DNA from: Leidyana gryllorum EB-2025a
Lineage: Eukaryota > Protista > Apicomplexa
Assembly: GCA_048772705.1 (NCBI GenBank)
Contig: JBLWGC010000140.1
Span: forward strand, 62,001-126,000
DNA length: 64,000 nucleotides
Direction: 5' to 3'
Part shown: positions 11,168 to 23,902 of the stretch, piece after piece
How the letters are laid out: each line of letters starts with the position of its first letter
Numbering within the stretch: position 1 is the stretch's first letter
Position numbers and translations under genes: made by a program
Notes under the pieces: model-generated
Databases searched by the model: none
Told to the model about the DNA's origin: nothing
The model's input: only the letters and a program-made list of their open reading frames with translations

Positions 11168-14100
11168 ATGTCAAGCAACCGTCCTATCCGGCGGTATATG
11201 AACAGACCTCGGCATGTGCCTATGATGCCCTTTAGTCGTGCGAGTACGCAGGGTGGATTTCCACCTTCTTTGTTGCCCTCTTCGGCGCCTCCGCCCCTGC
11301 CGGGAGGCAATTCGTCTTCGGGCGGCGGGGGGGGTTCAAAGTCTGTGCCTTACCCTCCCCGACGGAGCACCTACGAGAGAGGGCCACGACGCTCAGAGCC
11401 TCCGCAGCCGCCTTCTCAGCCGCCAGGCGGCGCGGCTCGTCGACCTCCGCCTTCGCGTTCTCCTGACGGGAACAAATCGCCTCAAAAGAATCTGGCGCGT
11501 GCAGCTTCTGCACCTGCGGCGAAGGCCGAGCAGCCTCCGCCTCCGCCGGGTGGCGGTGGTAGTCAGCCTGTGGCGCAGATAGCGGGTGCTGCGAGCGACT
11601 TGGCTCGGACAGATCGGGCTCGAACAAGTGTAGCTGCGAGTCGTCTGCCGGGGCACGCGAGTGCGGGCAGTGGGACGGCGGCGGGGGGTCGTGGCGCGAA
11701 CAGTACTGCTGGAGGCGTTGCGGGTAGCACGGAGGGAGTGTCTTCAAGTAAAGGGAAGAAATCCGTTCCCACTCCGCGAGCGGCGGACCCCGCAGTTGGG
11801 GAGTCGTCTGGTGTAACTCCGTCGGCTCGTCCAGGAAGTTCGAGTGGAGCGGTTCAGAGTTCGAGTACTTCGAAAACGTCGCGTCAATTTGGATTCGGTC
11901 CGTTGCCACCGAACGATCAGGTGAGTGGTGTAAAGGTGTGTGGGTGGAGAGGTTGTGGTTGTGGTTAGGGCACAATTATATGGGCGGCTCGTGACGCGGC
12001 TCTGCCTGCGCATATGCGGTCGTTGCAAGAAGAGCGGCGTATGGCTGCGCAGGTTTGGTCGAACAGTCGTCGAATGGGCGGCGGGTGGCTGGAACCGATC
12101 AGTATGAAGACAGAGTCGCAGCCGACGGCGGCGACGAACGGATTGGCTGCGTCATTTCACTTTATATTGGCGAGAGCACCGGGAGGTCCTCCGCATCAGT
12201 TGCCACCGCCAGAGAGTGCATACGCTCCGACGGCGGCTGTGACATTACCTTTTGCGGGTGTTCATTTGTTCAGTCGCACAACGATTGGGCCGAAGACATC
12301 TGAGACGATAGTATGGCCGAAGCCGTTGATGGGAAGTTGGAAGGCGAGTAACACGTTTTGGGGAATGGCTACGGCGGATGCGTCGTCGGCGAGTGCAGAG
12401 GTGGAGCCTCCGCCTTCAAAGCGGGCCCGAGTGGTTGACGGGAGCTTTTTGAGCGGTTCCCCGCCGTCCTCGATAGGGGGTGGTGGTGGGGGTAACACAT
12501 CGCGAACGTGGCCTTCGGGTTGTCGGTTCCTCGTGTTATGGGGTTTTGAGACTTCGACTGCGACGCATCGAAGTCATTCTGCCCATATCGAGCAGATTGT
12601 AAAGTAAGTTGGAGAGATCGGCGGTTCTTTCTCGCAACGAGTGTGTGTTTCCAGTCAAATCCGAACTTCGAGTGCGTATGTAAAGGTGTTTGGAGCTCCC
12701 CGAGGGTTTGCGAGTGTTCAGGGAGTGGGTACAGTGGACCGTCGAGAAGCCCCGTTTACGTTTCGCGGGAGTGGTGGGAGCGGTCATTCGTCTCAGCGAG
12801 GCGGGAGTGAAGGCGGCGCGGACAGTATGAGAGCTCTGTTGAGCAGTCCTGGCGCGGAAAATATGGCTGGGAGCAGCCAATCGTCGCATGTGGCGTTCAA
12901 TTATCGATCGTTATTCAGTGCCAAATTGGTCCGAGAACCGGCTTTGGGTGGATGGAAGCCTCGGCCTAAACAAAGAAGTCGCGACTCCGGTGGACGCGCT
13001 GCGGTTAACATTTCGCCTTCCACAGTACCACAGTCTCACAGAGCCGATCAGGTGCTATCGGCAATGATGGAGTTTGAGTTTGAAGATCAGGCGCGCAACT
13101 TCTTCATTGCCAATGCCCACAGCGCCCTCACCGATATGTGGTGTACCCGGATTTGGAGCGCCCCCGATTTCGACGGCATTCGATATTGGCTTCACGTAAG
13201 TTTCGAGTTTTGGTTTCACTTTCAGCGATCTCTTCTTCGATCAGACCGTTTTGGCGAACAGCTCCACCTGGCAACACGCGGCCCTTCCCCCGTTCCCCGA
13301 AGCCGCGACACTCAAAGAGCCCACCGATGTGGTTTACGCTCCGTTTCTGACCGATAGCGACCTTCAGGGTTTCCAGGCGGGCGACATTACGCTTCGGCCG
13401 CTCAAAGGCCCGGCGTTGGGCAAAGAGTTTGCTGTGGGGGAGCTCAAGTTGCTGAGACTGCCGGCGGTCAAAAACAATCGGCCGCAAACTCCGCGGTCCC
13501 CCAGCTCGAATGTGCCACAAAGGGTACCATTACTCTGTCACAGATCAATGGTCAACTGGGCCACCAAACATCTCAACGCTTCCGAGGCCACCTGGCAACA
13601 GACGTCTTGGGTCAGAGTGCCCAAATATATATGCCGCCATTGGGGACCCGCAGCCACCAATCCCAACAGCCTCCTCCCCTCCAACACCGACGATGGAGCC
13701 GCCGCCGCCAATAATAATAACGACAGCACTCCCGCGTCCCCACCCTTACATCCACGAGCTTATGTCGCTCGAGTCGCTCTCTTGCTGTGTCCGTCCCCCC
13801 CCTCTGGCAATCCAACCGTCACACCCGTCATTTGTGGAAGTCTGAGCGACCTCCTCAACTGCCAATTACCCGTCGTATACGCTGCTGCGCGCCCCCGGCC
13901 CGCCTCCCCCACGCCCAACAACACCGCCCCCTCCACGAAACAATTGCCACCCAACCCACCGACGACGGCCCCACCACCGCCGCCCCCCGCGACCACAGAA
14001 GTCCCACGCAAATCCGCCCGCAAAGACGCTACGGCACGCCCCACCTCGCAACCGCAACAAGACACCACCACCACACCCCCACGGCGACCAGCTTCGGCCT

Positions 14101-14195
14101 CCTCCTCACAACAACAACATTCTTCACAAGGAGGAGCCAACAACAACACCAGCGGGGTACAGCAACAAAGGAAAAGACCAAAACCTCCTTCTTGA
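11168..14195 (+). CDS. Hypothetical protein with P/S/G-rich termini and a possible degenerate RRM-like core (multi-exon)
   Basis: Four long same-strand ORFs joinable by GT-AG introns; RFLVLWGF and AMMEFEFEDQARNFF resemble RNP2/RNP1-like strands; no family recognised. Confidence 0.6.
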
Positions 14196-14221
14196 CCCGA
14201 CGAGCTTTCTTTTTGACAAAA

Positions 14222-15208
14222 ATGTCCCCCAAGGACAACAAAGGTAGTGGCACCGCCGAAGAAGGGACAGTCACCGCTGCCGAAGGCGAAGGCGGCTTAG
14301 CCTCACTCGTCAATCCCAATGACGAAAACACCTCCTCATCACCAACAGTCCCTCTCACCTCCAGTGGAAACGCCATACCACCCGCCAAGGGCGGCAGCAA
14401 CACACCCACACACATGTCATCACGAGCCAAGAAGCTCACTGGAGACCTGATGGGAGACGGAAGACTCAATATCCGAAGCTTCGAGTCCGAAGACCGCCAG
14501 GGAGTTCAAGACATTTGTTTCAACCATTTCCGCTCGCTGTGCTTCGCTGCAGTCCGCTACTACATCGCTGAGCACTTCCAGGACCTCCTCTTCCTAAGCC
14601 TCGTCGGCTTCTTCTTCGTCGGCCTCCCACAACTGCTCACCATTGTTGTACTCTTCAACCTGTATCTATTCGGCAAATCACGCTGGGAAATGGAACAGTA
14701 CATACGCAGAGACTGCGAAGATATCAAAGAAGTGGCCAAAACCTATATGGACAGCGATGCCAGCTGCCACTTCTGGGTCGCAGAAGTCAAACCACCCAAA
14801 TCCAGCGAAGCCAAACACGGACAACTCGTTGGATGCATCGGACTCGTCCCCAGCAGAGAAAATCCCAGCGTCGCCAAACTCGTCAGACTCGTCGTCGACG
14901 GCTCACATCGAAGAACGCGAATCGGAAGCAGACTCCTCCTCCAACTCGAAAACTACGCCAGAGATGAGGGATACGAGTCCGTACGCATATACACCAACAC
15001 TCTCAACCCCAGCCATATGAAGTTCGTCAGACAACACGGATATACCATCGTGCAAACCATCAGACGCGGACTCATGAGAGGTGATCTGGTCACATGGCAT
15101 AAACGCCTCAACCCCTCAGAGGGACAATCAGACCTCGGAGAAGGCACAGGCGAAGAAGCTGTTGTCAACTTTAGAATCAGAAGTGCTGCTCAACACGTCA
15201 TGGACTGA
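14222..15208 (+). CDS. GNAT-family N-acetyltransferase, NAT8/Camello-like, with an internal TM hairpin
   Basis: HFWVAE...LVGCIGL...KLVRLVVDGSHRRTRIGSRLL (acetyl-CoA motif A); hydrophobic stretch LLFLSLVGFFFVGLPQLLTIVVLF. Confidence 0.85.
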   Translation: MSPKDNKGSGTAEEGTVTAAEGEGGLASLVNPNDENTSSSPTVPLTSSGNAIPPAKGGSNTPTHMSSRAKKLTGDLMGDGRLNIRSFESEDRQGVQDICFNHFRSLCFAAVRYYIAEHFQDLLFLSLVGFFFVGLPQLLTIVVLFNLYLFGKSRWEMEQYIRRDCEDIKEVAKTYMDSDASCHFWVAEVKPPKSSEAKHGQLVGCIGLVPSRENPSVAKLVRLVVDGSHRRTRIGSRLLLQLENYARDEGYESVRIYTNTLNPSHMKFVRQHGYTIVQTIRRGLMRGDLVTWHKRLNPSEGQSDLGEGTGEEAVVNFRIRSAAQHVMD

Positions 15209-15360
15209 CTGATTAATGATTGGACTCAAACTACACCATATGACTGACTGACAGAGTGGTGATATGGGGAACAGATCAAATCTTGTGACATAGGGCCTTT
15301 GTTCAAACTGAACTCTGCATTTCTCACCACTAAATCCGATAATCCGATATCCGATAAACC

Positions 15361-15392
15361 TGACTGACTGACTGACTGACTGACTGACTGAC
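15361..15392. repeat. (TGAC)8 microsatellite in a convergent intergenic region
   Basis: tgactgactgactgactgactgactgactgac. Confidence 0.95.
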
Positions 15393-15451
15393 CTTTGGGT
15401 GGAGGGACTCGACTGCTGCTGGCTGAACTGACGCCGAAAACTAATAAAAGA

Positions 15452-17461
15452 TCAACTGACTGACGGTCTTTCCTGACTCGGTCGCCGACTGCTGCTGGCA
15501 CTGCTGATGGTGGCCACAAGCACACTTCCGCTGCCACTGCCACTGCCGCCATTGCCTTCCTCCGCTCCTGTGGTACCGTTGGCGTTGGTTTGCGGGCTGC
15601 TGTTGTCTGCCGTAGTGCTGCTCAGCTCTGTGCCCGCCGTAGTGGATGGGTTTGGCCGCTCCGGCGGCCGCATTGTGCTGCTCACCAACCCCCGGCCACC
15701 AGATGTCGATGAACCCGCAGCAGCCGCCGAATGGTGAGTCGGTCGCTCAGTATGATCGTACATGAAGAATGTGTTGTCACTGAGTAGACTCTGAGCGCGA
15801 GAGTTTCGATGTCCCACTCACCTGGAATGAGACGCACGTTTCTCGAATAAGCGGGTGTCGCCCTCAGCAGATATGCGCGAAGAGGAGAATAACGATTTCT
15901 CCGCCGCGCTACTCGCCAACTCGTTCCATTTCAACAGCGCTTTTGGTGGAAATCGCTGGAAATACTCAGTACACTGCAAACAGAAGACGGGGGGGGTTAA
16001 TGGGAGGAGGAACGGCTGGAAACTCACATGTAGACAATTGTAAAAGAAGATGGCTATCGAGTTCATGACGCGATCACTTCGTGCTGAATTGTGATCTCCG
16101 TTCACCTCCATTAGCCACTAAAGGTTGCCTTAAAATAGGCACACATCGTCAGACTCACTTTGTCGCCCTTATACACAGTGTACAGTCGCTCGCCATGGTG
16201 ACGTTGGACCAGCTGGTCGTTGTACGCACTCACAAACAGCGCTGGGACGTGCGCATTCTGTGCTGTCTGGATAACATCCAACTCGTCAATGTCCAAACCC
16301 GCCTTCTGTTTGATGGTTCCCTTCAGCTGACACCAAGTTGTGACACACACTCTCTCTCTCTCTCCCCTCCGACTATCTCTCTGCTTACCATATTCAGCAC
16401 AATCCCCACCACGAATTTCGGCACGTGCACAGGCAGATACTCCTCAGCCAGTTCTTCGGCCAGCATACTATTCGGACATAAACGGATCTGACCCTTCCCC
16501 TCCCTCACTCACCGCAGATTAGAAAAGGGAGAATCACACACAATGCCAGAGACCATCGGGTCCTCTGCCGCATATAGCAACGCGGTCACAGCACCCATCG
16601 ACCGACCCCAAAGGGCGACCTGGCTCACGGCACGATGCTCCATTACATATAGTATAACCTGTGTACGCAAAGCAACAATGTAACTGCGTCGGCCCGAGAC
16701 TCACCTCTCGAAGATCCTCCTTCTCGTTCCATCCCAATGTTACATACTCGCCGTCAGACTGTCCCGATCCGGTGAAGTCGAAGCCAATCACAGTTATGTT
16801 GAGCGGCAGCAAATGGGATATGCAAGTTGCTGCTTCCACTCGGGACGAGCAATTGCCATGCAAGTAAATGACTGCTGGAAGCCTCTTTTCGGGCCGGACT
16901 CTGTGATGCAATCATAAATGTTGAGCATTCAGGTGGGTGAAGTATTGAAAGCAAGCATTCAGCATAGAACAACTTCCAGCCAGTCCCTCCCGCTCACACA
17001 GTCGCAGTAAGAACAGCGTCAGTCCGCTGGCTGCGATGCACACGCGTGCGCGGGCATCACCGGAGACACGCCCCGCACACACGAACAAACTCAAGGTAAC
17101 GCCAAATCACCAGACACACGGATAGGGTGATGTGGAACTGGCAGGAACCATAATAATGATGTCGGCGCTCACTTGGCATCGGGTTCAAAGTGACTGCAGA
17201 CAATCTTTTGATCCCTCTGGTTCTGCACCTCGAAGTCTGTGTGTGAATAGATAGAGCGTGACTTGTCGATATGGGTCGTACCTGCTCGTCGATAGATACG
17301 TCCATCCGTGAGTCGGAAGGCTTTGGCGCCCAAATCGGAATCCTTGGATCGAAGGGTATTGGGTTAGGGTTTTGTAAACTCACAGAGTACTCATCGCGAG
17401 GGGGGCGGACAATTGACCGCCATAGGTCACCATAGAACTCCTGAGCCTGGGCCCATAACAT
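15452..17461 (-). CDS. Alpha/beta-hydrolase (multi-exon) with low-complexity C-terminal tail
   Basis: WRSIVRPPRDEY, VIYLHGNCSSRVEA, FDFTGSGQSDGEYVTLGWNEKEDL, WGRSMGA nucleophile elbow, GDHNSARS catalytic His. Confidence 0.88.
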
Positions 17462-17487
17462 TGGTTAGGTTTCTTTTCTGAAAGTGA

Positions 17488-19072
17488 CTAGTTTTGAGGC
17501 GGATCGAGGTAGGGAGAATCAGCATGGGAGCGGCCCTTGGTTTCTAGCATACAGGTACTGGTGGTGGCTAGGAGAGCAACGGAGGCGACTGCAAAGTGAA
17601 TGATATAATTTGGGATTTTGAGGGTGTCTACCTGTGTGGACGGTAAGGAGGGATCTGACTGATATCGCCGGGCGGAGTATGAAGAGAAGGAACTCGATGG
17701 CGAATGATGAAAATAAGCATAGCGAGCCACATATGTCACGGTATTTGAGGGAAAAGATCTCGAATACGTACACTAAGAAGAGGGTGCCGAACGTGGCTCC
17801 GAAGGCGATATTGTAGAGACAGTATCCGACGAGTACAGCGTATGCGCGAGGGACTGAGGTCATTTCTGGGCCGGGGAGGGTCCAATATATGACGGTGACA
17901 GCGCATATGACGGTGGCCATGACTGCAGAGCCCCAGACGGAGAGAGGGCGTCTTCCAATGGTGTCGGCTTTGAGTACGGCGAAGCCGCAGGAACCGACAT
18001 AGAGGAGGCTGATGACGCAGGGAACCAATCCCTGTGTGATTTTGGGGTCTTGGGCGACGATGTGGACGACTTGATCGGCCTGCGCCTGGACGAAATGGAT
18101 TCCCCCGAGTTGGCGCAGAGCGCCCAGGGAGCAGCCCAGCGCGAGAGTCCCCCAAGGGGGTTTGGATAGGCGTCTGCCGTCTCGCACGCAGTCATTGACG
18201 ACATCGCGTAACTCGTTTTCGACATCATGTTTCCCGTACATCCAGACGAGGGCCTGTCGGGCTTCCTCGAGTCTGCATTCCATTACACACTGATGGGGCG
18301 GGTCGACGCGTATGTAAGTGGTGACAAGATAGCTAAAGTATAGGCAAATGGAGCAGGGTATGGCGAAGGCCACCCCGCAGTAAACGATTACCCAGGACGG
18401 GAGGGGTGGGTAGACCTCGAGGTCGTTGGAGGGGAGCGGACTCGTGAGTGTGCAGGGCATCATGAGGATGAGTCCGACGATTTCTCCAAACTCGAGCATC
18501 ACACTGAGGAAGGAGACATAGCTACCGCGCCGCTCTTTGGGCACGACTTCGCTGACGTACATTGGTAAGCCCGTCATCATCATACCCAGGGCCAGACCGA
18601 AGAGTGTGGCTGCGCCGTACATGTGGAACTCGGAGATCGTGAGGGCCGCGAGAAAGCAGCCGAAAAAACAGAGGGAGGTGGCGACATGGCTGAGGTTATG
18701 GATCCCAGGGCGAAACAGATAACTCAGTAGGACCCCAAAACCGCCGAATCCCCACATTACTGCATGGTAGGTGTGTCTGACGTCAATACCCGCCTGACAC
18801 GTCGTGACAGAATTGGAAACTTTGGGGTCCGTTCCACAGACCTCCAAATACCATATCATGTGAGGCAGGATAGCCCTCATCTGCCCTATGGAGCAACCAA
18901 CCACAAATATACCAATGCCGAATAAACGGGTCAACTTGGTCGACCCCGACGCATTGCACTTTGGACCACAATGCTCTTGTTGGTCCTCCTCAAGGCTCAG
19001 ATTCTCACAACCCGCCGCCGCACCACTCGTCGTCCTATTGTTCGCCCATGTCGATGTCGACTCGTTGTTCAT
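17488..19072 (-). CDS. MFS sugar (hexose) transporter-like protein (intron near 3' end)
   Basis: About 12 hydrophobic segments; PMYVSEVVPKERRG, RQLGGI, DTIGRRPL, EIF, C-terminal ETKG sugar-porter motifs. Confidence 0.88.
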
Positions 19073-19098
19073 TCCATTACATATTTATTTCAACTCAA

Positions 19099-19474
19099 CT
19101 AAGCCCCACAGCAAAGAATCTTTTCCAAACAACTGCGACGCTTCCGTCGATACGCAACCAAGTCGTACTGAAACTCAGAGTCGCGATAAGTCTTCCAACA
19201 GTACGGCTTGTACGGGTTCTCCTCCCAACCTCGCCATCTGATCACCACCTGGCACACACACAAACACACTCACTCACTCGGGACGAGGTGCCGCGCACTT
19301 TGACTCGCAGTGTATCCGATCGCTCACGGCATGTAGGCCGTGGTGCATAGCCTCAACCGTCCGTTCCGCTCCCTCGCGTGCGACTTGGCCGATGTTATTA
19401 GGGGCCATCGCCTCCCGAAACCCCTGCCAGACCTCCTCTGGCCGCGAAGCGACCCGTTGTTCGTAACGCGGCAT
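19099..19474 (-). CDS. Small hypothetical protein (~98 aa, one intron) ending in ...RRKRRSCLEKILCCGA
   Basis: ATG at 19474; GTGAGC donor; acceptor gtgccag; clean second exon VVIRWRGWEENPYKPYCWKTYRDSEF...CCGA*. Confidence 0.55.
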
Positions 19475-19496
19475 GTTTGTATGGCGTGTGTCTCCC

Positions 19497-22400
19497 TCAG
19501 GTCGGTTCTTGTGGGGTTAAGTGTTCGCGGAGTGCGTGCTCCAATTTCATCAGGCGTAACCCAACATTCGGGAGATTTCTACTCGCCTCATAAGCCTCTC
19601 TGACTTGTTCTTGGAGTTTCTCCTCGTCGCTCACGCGCGCCAGCAGAATACCCGCAGGTTTCACATCCCCGAAAAAGTGTCGTCGTTCCTGCGCAAAGCG
19701 CAAAATGAGAGAGATCAATCATTTAGTTGACGACACTCTCACCTTTTCGTAACCCTTCTGCAAAAGGAGGTTCAAATAGTCGAGGCCCCATTCGGTATAG
19801 GCCGGATTGGCTTTCAGCTCAGCGACGCTCGTCTCGGTGCCTCCCTGGACGGCCAAGTTTAGATCCGTTCCCAGAATCCCGAGCGTTCGCAATGGCAGTT
19901 TGACGAGTTTGTCAGTGTCATCCAGATTCTTCTTGCTGGCCTCCAGCCATTGATTCAGAGACGTGAATGAGGGCTTCAAACTGAACAGATCGCCAAAATC
20001 AAAGAATTTCATCAGTTTCCGATGCATTTCGGTCCATCGGTTCGTCAATATCTTCACATACGCCTCCCAAAAGATCGGCCACGACAATGTCAAACCCTCC
20101 TGGGCCTCGATAACGGCGGCCCTCTCGGGCCCAAACAGCTGACACAACGTGTCTGGGGACACTTTCCGCTTATTGGGGTCCTGAAAAGCCGTTCGCAACT
20201 CGTCAACAAAGATGGTGACGTCGTGAATCGTCGTATACTCATCCAATCCCAACCGATCGTTCGCTCGCTGAAGCCACGACGTATATTGGTCATCAGCAAA
20301 CAGTACAGGCGGCAACAAATAGTGCAGCGACTTGGGGTTGCGCAAGTCGGTTTGGTCCAGCGTTGTGCAACACCGCAGTATTGCGTCTCGTATGAGCTCG
20401 AGATGTGTTGGTTTGTTCGGATCGTCGCTCTTCCGCTCCAACCCTCTCAGATACGCAACGCGTCTCTGTGTCCACGCAGCAGCTGTCGGAGGCCGGTAGA
20501 TCACCACGTCTCTGAAGATTGTACTCAGTAACAGCAGCAGACTTCCCGAGAATCTCGTCGCTGTGCTCGTGAAATGCACAATAAAGTCTGCTCCATGTGC
20601 AGCAAAGTAAAGTCCCACATAGATACTCCCAAGGAGACGTCTTTGGTCATCGATCTCCAATTGAGCCAACTCTTTCTTGTAAACCGGACTGACCACATCG
20701 ATATTCACAAACGTGAACCCTTCGGTAGGCTGACCCGCTTCCGTCAACTCCGTGAGCTCTGTCCGAATACTGTGAATCAGTTGCTCGCGATTCTGAATCT
20801 TGGGACACTCGACAAAGTGTTTTGGGACTTGACCGGGAGACGGCGTCTCCTTGTAGAGCGAAGCGCCCACGTTGACTGTGACTCCTTTGCAGCCGCACGC
20901 CCTCCAACAAAGCGACGAGGGCGTTGTCCCATTGGTGAAGGGGACTCCAGCGGGATGGAAATAGGCGAAATCCAGCCAGAGAGGTCGCGGAGACTTGTGT
21001 TTGCTGCTCATAAGAACGATGGTGGCGACGTCGAACGCTTGGCCGAAACGCGCTTCCGGAGAGTATCCGTGAGACTCGGGCGATGTCGCTTTCACAGCCA
21101 AAGCAGTGGTAGTGGGGGGTACGGGCAACAGAGACTCTGCGGCCGCGTTGTCGGGGGCGGGCGGTGGGGGTGCGGGCGCTGTGACGGCCACCAATTCGCT
21201 CGGGTTGGGAAGGAGCTGCAGATGGTGGAGCGCTATGGCAATGTCACTGAACCCGATGGGAGGGATCTCAGTGGGGAGGGCTTGGCGGATAAGGAGTAAT
21301 TCTTTGAACAAATCGGGTGAGAAGTATGGGGAGCTGACGACATTGAAAGGTTTGAGCATCAATCCCTCTTCGACCCATTTTCCGTATTGCGCTCGACGAC
21401 TTCGTCCGGGAATCATTTCCATTATTTTGTCGACTGACGGAGCATTGCGTGGGGCAGACTTATCGGCGGCAGCAAAGCCTCCGCGCAGAGCAAAGGGCTG
21501 ATTCGGGTTGCAGCTGGCCATTATCTCTGGGAACTCTCTCAGAGGTGGAATCTCGAGCGTCTTCTCGACTGCGAAACTCGAATCTCTCAGCGTCACAATG
21601 ACACTGTCACCACCGCCCGTACGGAAGGCACCAACACGAGCGGCCTGCAGACTCTCCCACTTTTTGTGCTCCGCGTGTCTCTCATCGAAAGTCGATGCAA
21701 CTGCGAGACGAGCACCCGATCGGTGGTGGTGGAGATCATTGCCTTTGATCGATGTGCCGTCGTCGACGAACCTCTGTTGGACCACTCTATCCTCCTCACT
21801 CAGTAATTCCAGTCCAACCAGTTTGACCCACTCCGCCGCCAACTCCTTCTTCACATCGTACGTCAGAGACTGCTCTCCGTGGCTGTGAAACCGCTCCCAA
21901 TTGTCTTTAATGGTGTTCAACTGCCGCTCCGTGAATTGCCGAATCACACTCGCAGCACTGTTAGCAAAGTGCTCACTGAAATACTTGGAAGCGACCAGCA
22001 CCAACCCCGACTTCGGGGTCAACACTCCCACTCGCTGTCGGAGACCTTCGTACAACGCACTCGATATCCCTCGGAAACCTTTACACGCGACGTATATCTC
22101 AGAGTTGCCCGGCTTCGACAGAAAAGGCTTCGCCAAATACGTCTCATCGAACCAATTCGAGATCAAACCCAACAATCCCACAGACAGGTGGGTGTGCAAG
22201 GAAAAGAGCTTAATGACAAATGACCCTCCCAACTGCAGTAGCCCCAAAGCCATCAACGTCTCCGCATACATTAGGGGAAACAATATTTCCTCCTGATGCT
22301 CCGGATCGTATTGCGTGTCGATCGCCCCATCAGCTGTCACTAGATCTGCCTGCACCAAGCACAATGCACACATACAACCCTGCAATACCACGCACACACA

Positions 22401-23588
22401 CTTTGCGCAAACTGCACACACACAAGACCGAGCAGATCACAAGTCTTACCCTAAAGCTCGGACCTAATTCTTTGAGCATCTGATCATAATTCCGAACTTT
22501 CAGCAGATTGCCAGTACCATCAGCCCCGCGCACCCAGTGGCCATACGTCTCCCTGGATGTGGAAACCACGCATAGGAGTCACCACCACCACTAGCCCACT
22601 TACTTGTAGAATCGGTCGTTGTCCAGCATTTCGTGCCAATCATTGTCTGCGAAGCATTGTGGCTATTTTGCGGATCCGACGCACTTACGCTCGTGGAATG
22701 TGTCCAGTGTGTTGGCCTTCCAGAGCCACTGAACATTCTGACCCTTCAATTTCGGATGACATTTGATGTAGTGATTCGTGGCACACACAAAACCTCCCGG
22801 ACCTTCCGCAAGATGCACTGCGGGAAGAGAAGCGGAATTGTGTCTGGAGAGACTCGAGAGTGTGTCCTAACTCACAGGATCGCACAGTGCCTCGCTTAAC
22901 TTGCGCCTCGCCAAACGGGTCGAGTCTACTCAATATTTCGTAGAGCTTCAGCCAACTGTTCGTTAGCATTTCTGGCGCCACCAGCCCATTCTGCTGCCGA
23001 ATTGAGAGACACAAAGCCACTGATCACTCACTGCTTCATTGGCCGTACCCTGCTCGCGCAGAAAAGGTTTCACCGCGGATGCCGGAAACTGAGTGTCAGT
23101 GAAAACTGACCACTCATTGATCTCCACGTCGCTTAGTTTGCCTGAGACACATAGCGATGTTCCACAAGGGCACTTTCACCCACGATGGCAAATGCATCAC
23201 ACACACGCACACTACACACACGTGTGCCACACGCCTGACACACGCCTGACACACACCTTCCACACACCTCCCACACACTTGATTGGCACACCAACTTACA
23301 TTTCCATTCGTAGAGTCCCTCAGCTTCGGCTTTAAGTGGAGGCCAATACTTGCCGCTGCTGTCCACTTTGGTCACTGCAATGTGTGTAGTTGATGATATC
23401 AGTGGTGTGTGCGGTCGCTCACAGAGCTGTTGGTTGAGGTAGCAATAACATTGATTTTTCTTGTTGGCAGCACAGCGGCGGCATGCTTGAGCCTGACGAA
23501 GGGCTCCAAATGGACCAACGCCCTTTAAATGAACAAACAGCGTATATCTTTCAAAGAGCTGTAGCTCATCTGGCGTCGTTTCTTCCAT
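19497..23588 (-). CDS. Cap-specific mRNA 2'-O-methyltransferase, CMTR2/FTSJD1-like (multi-exon)
   Basis: TNSWLKLYEIL, HLAEGPGGFVCATNHY, GADGTGNL, DLVTADG, GGSFVIK, SKPGNSEIY (K-D-K-E tetrad); second degenerate Rossmann-like region, as known for CMTR2. Confidence 0.85.
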
Positions 23589-23902
23589 TTGTGCCCCAAA
23601 ATAAAGGTTTGCACCCCTCTATCACTATGCTCTACGCTCTCTGTCGGCTGCGAGAGCGGCCTGCAGGTGGGATTTGGTCGTTGAGCAATAAGGTTGAGGA
23701 GACGAAGCTCTCATTTGTACCGTACCAGCAGCGGCTCAGTTAGTGTTACTAAGTATCAGATAATTGACAGAAAAGAGGAGAAGCACACATCAGACGTAAA
23801 GGAGACATCGGCCTCGCAGCGGAGGCGTGCGGCTGTCTATCACTCGTTTCGACCACACAGAGGTCATACGTAGGATGGGTATTGCACGTCCAAAAATCAA
23901 AC

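Noticed and set aside
13787-14221. N-terminal extension of the GNAT ORF (473-aa call)
   Set aside because: Overlaps the upstream gene in another frame; the ATG at 14222 follows a TTTTTG motif and a good context
23589-23902. Tiny gene in the CMTR2/cactin divergent spacer
   Set aside because: Only short ORFs; hand splicing gave no convincing protein
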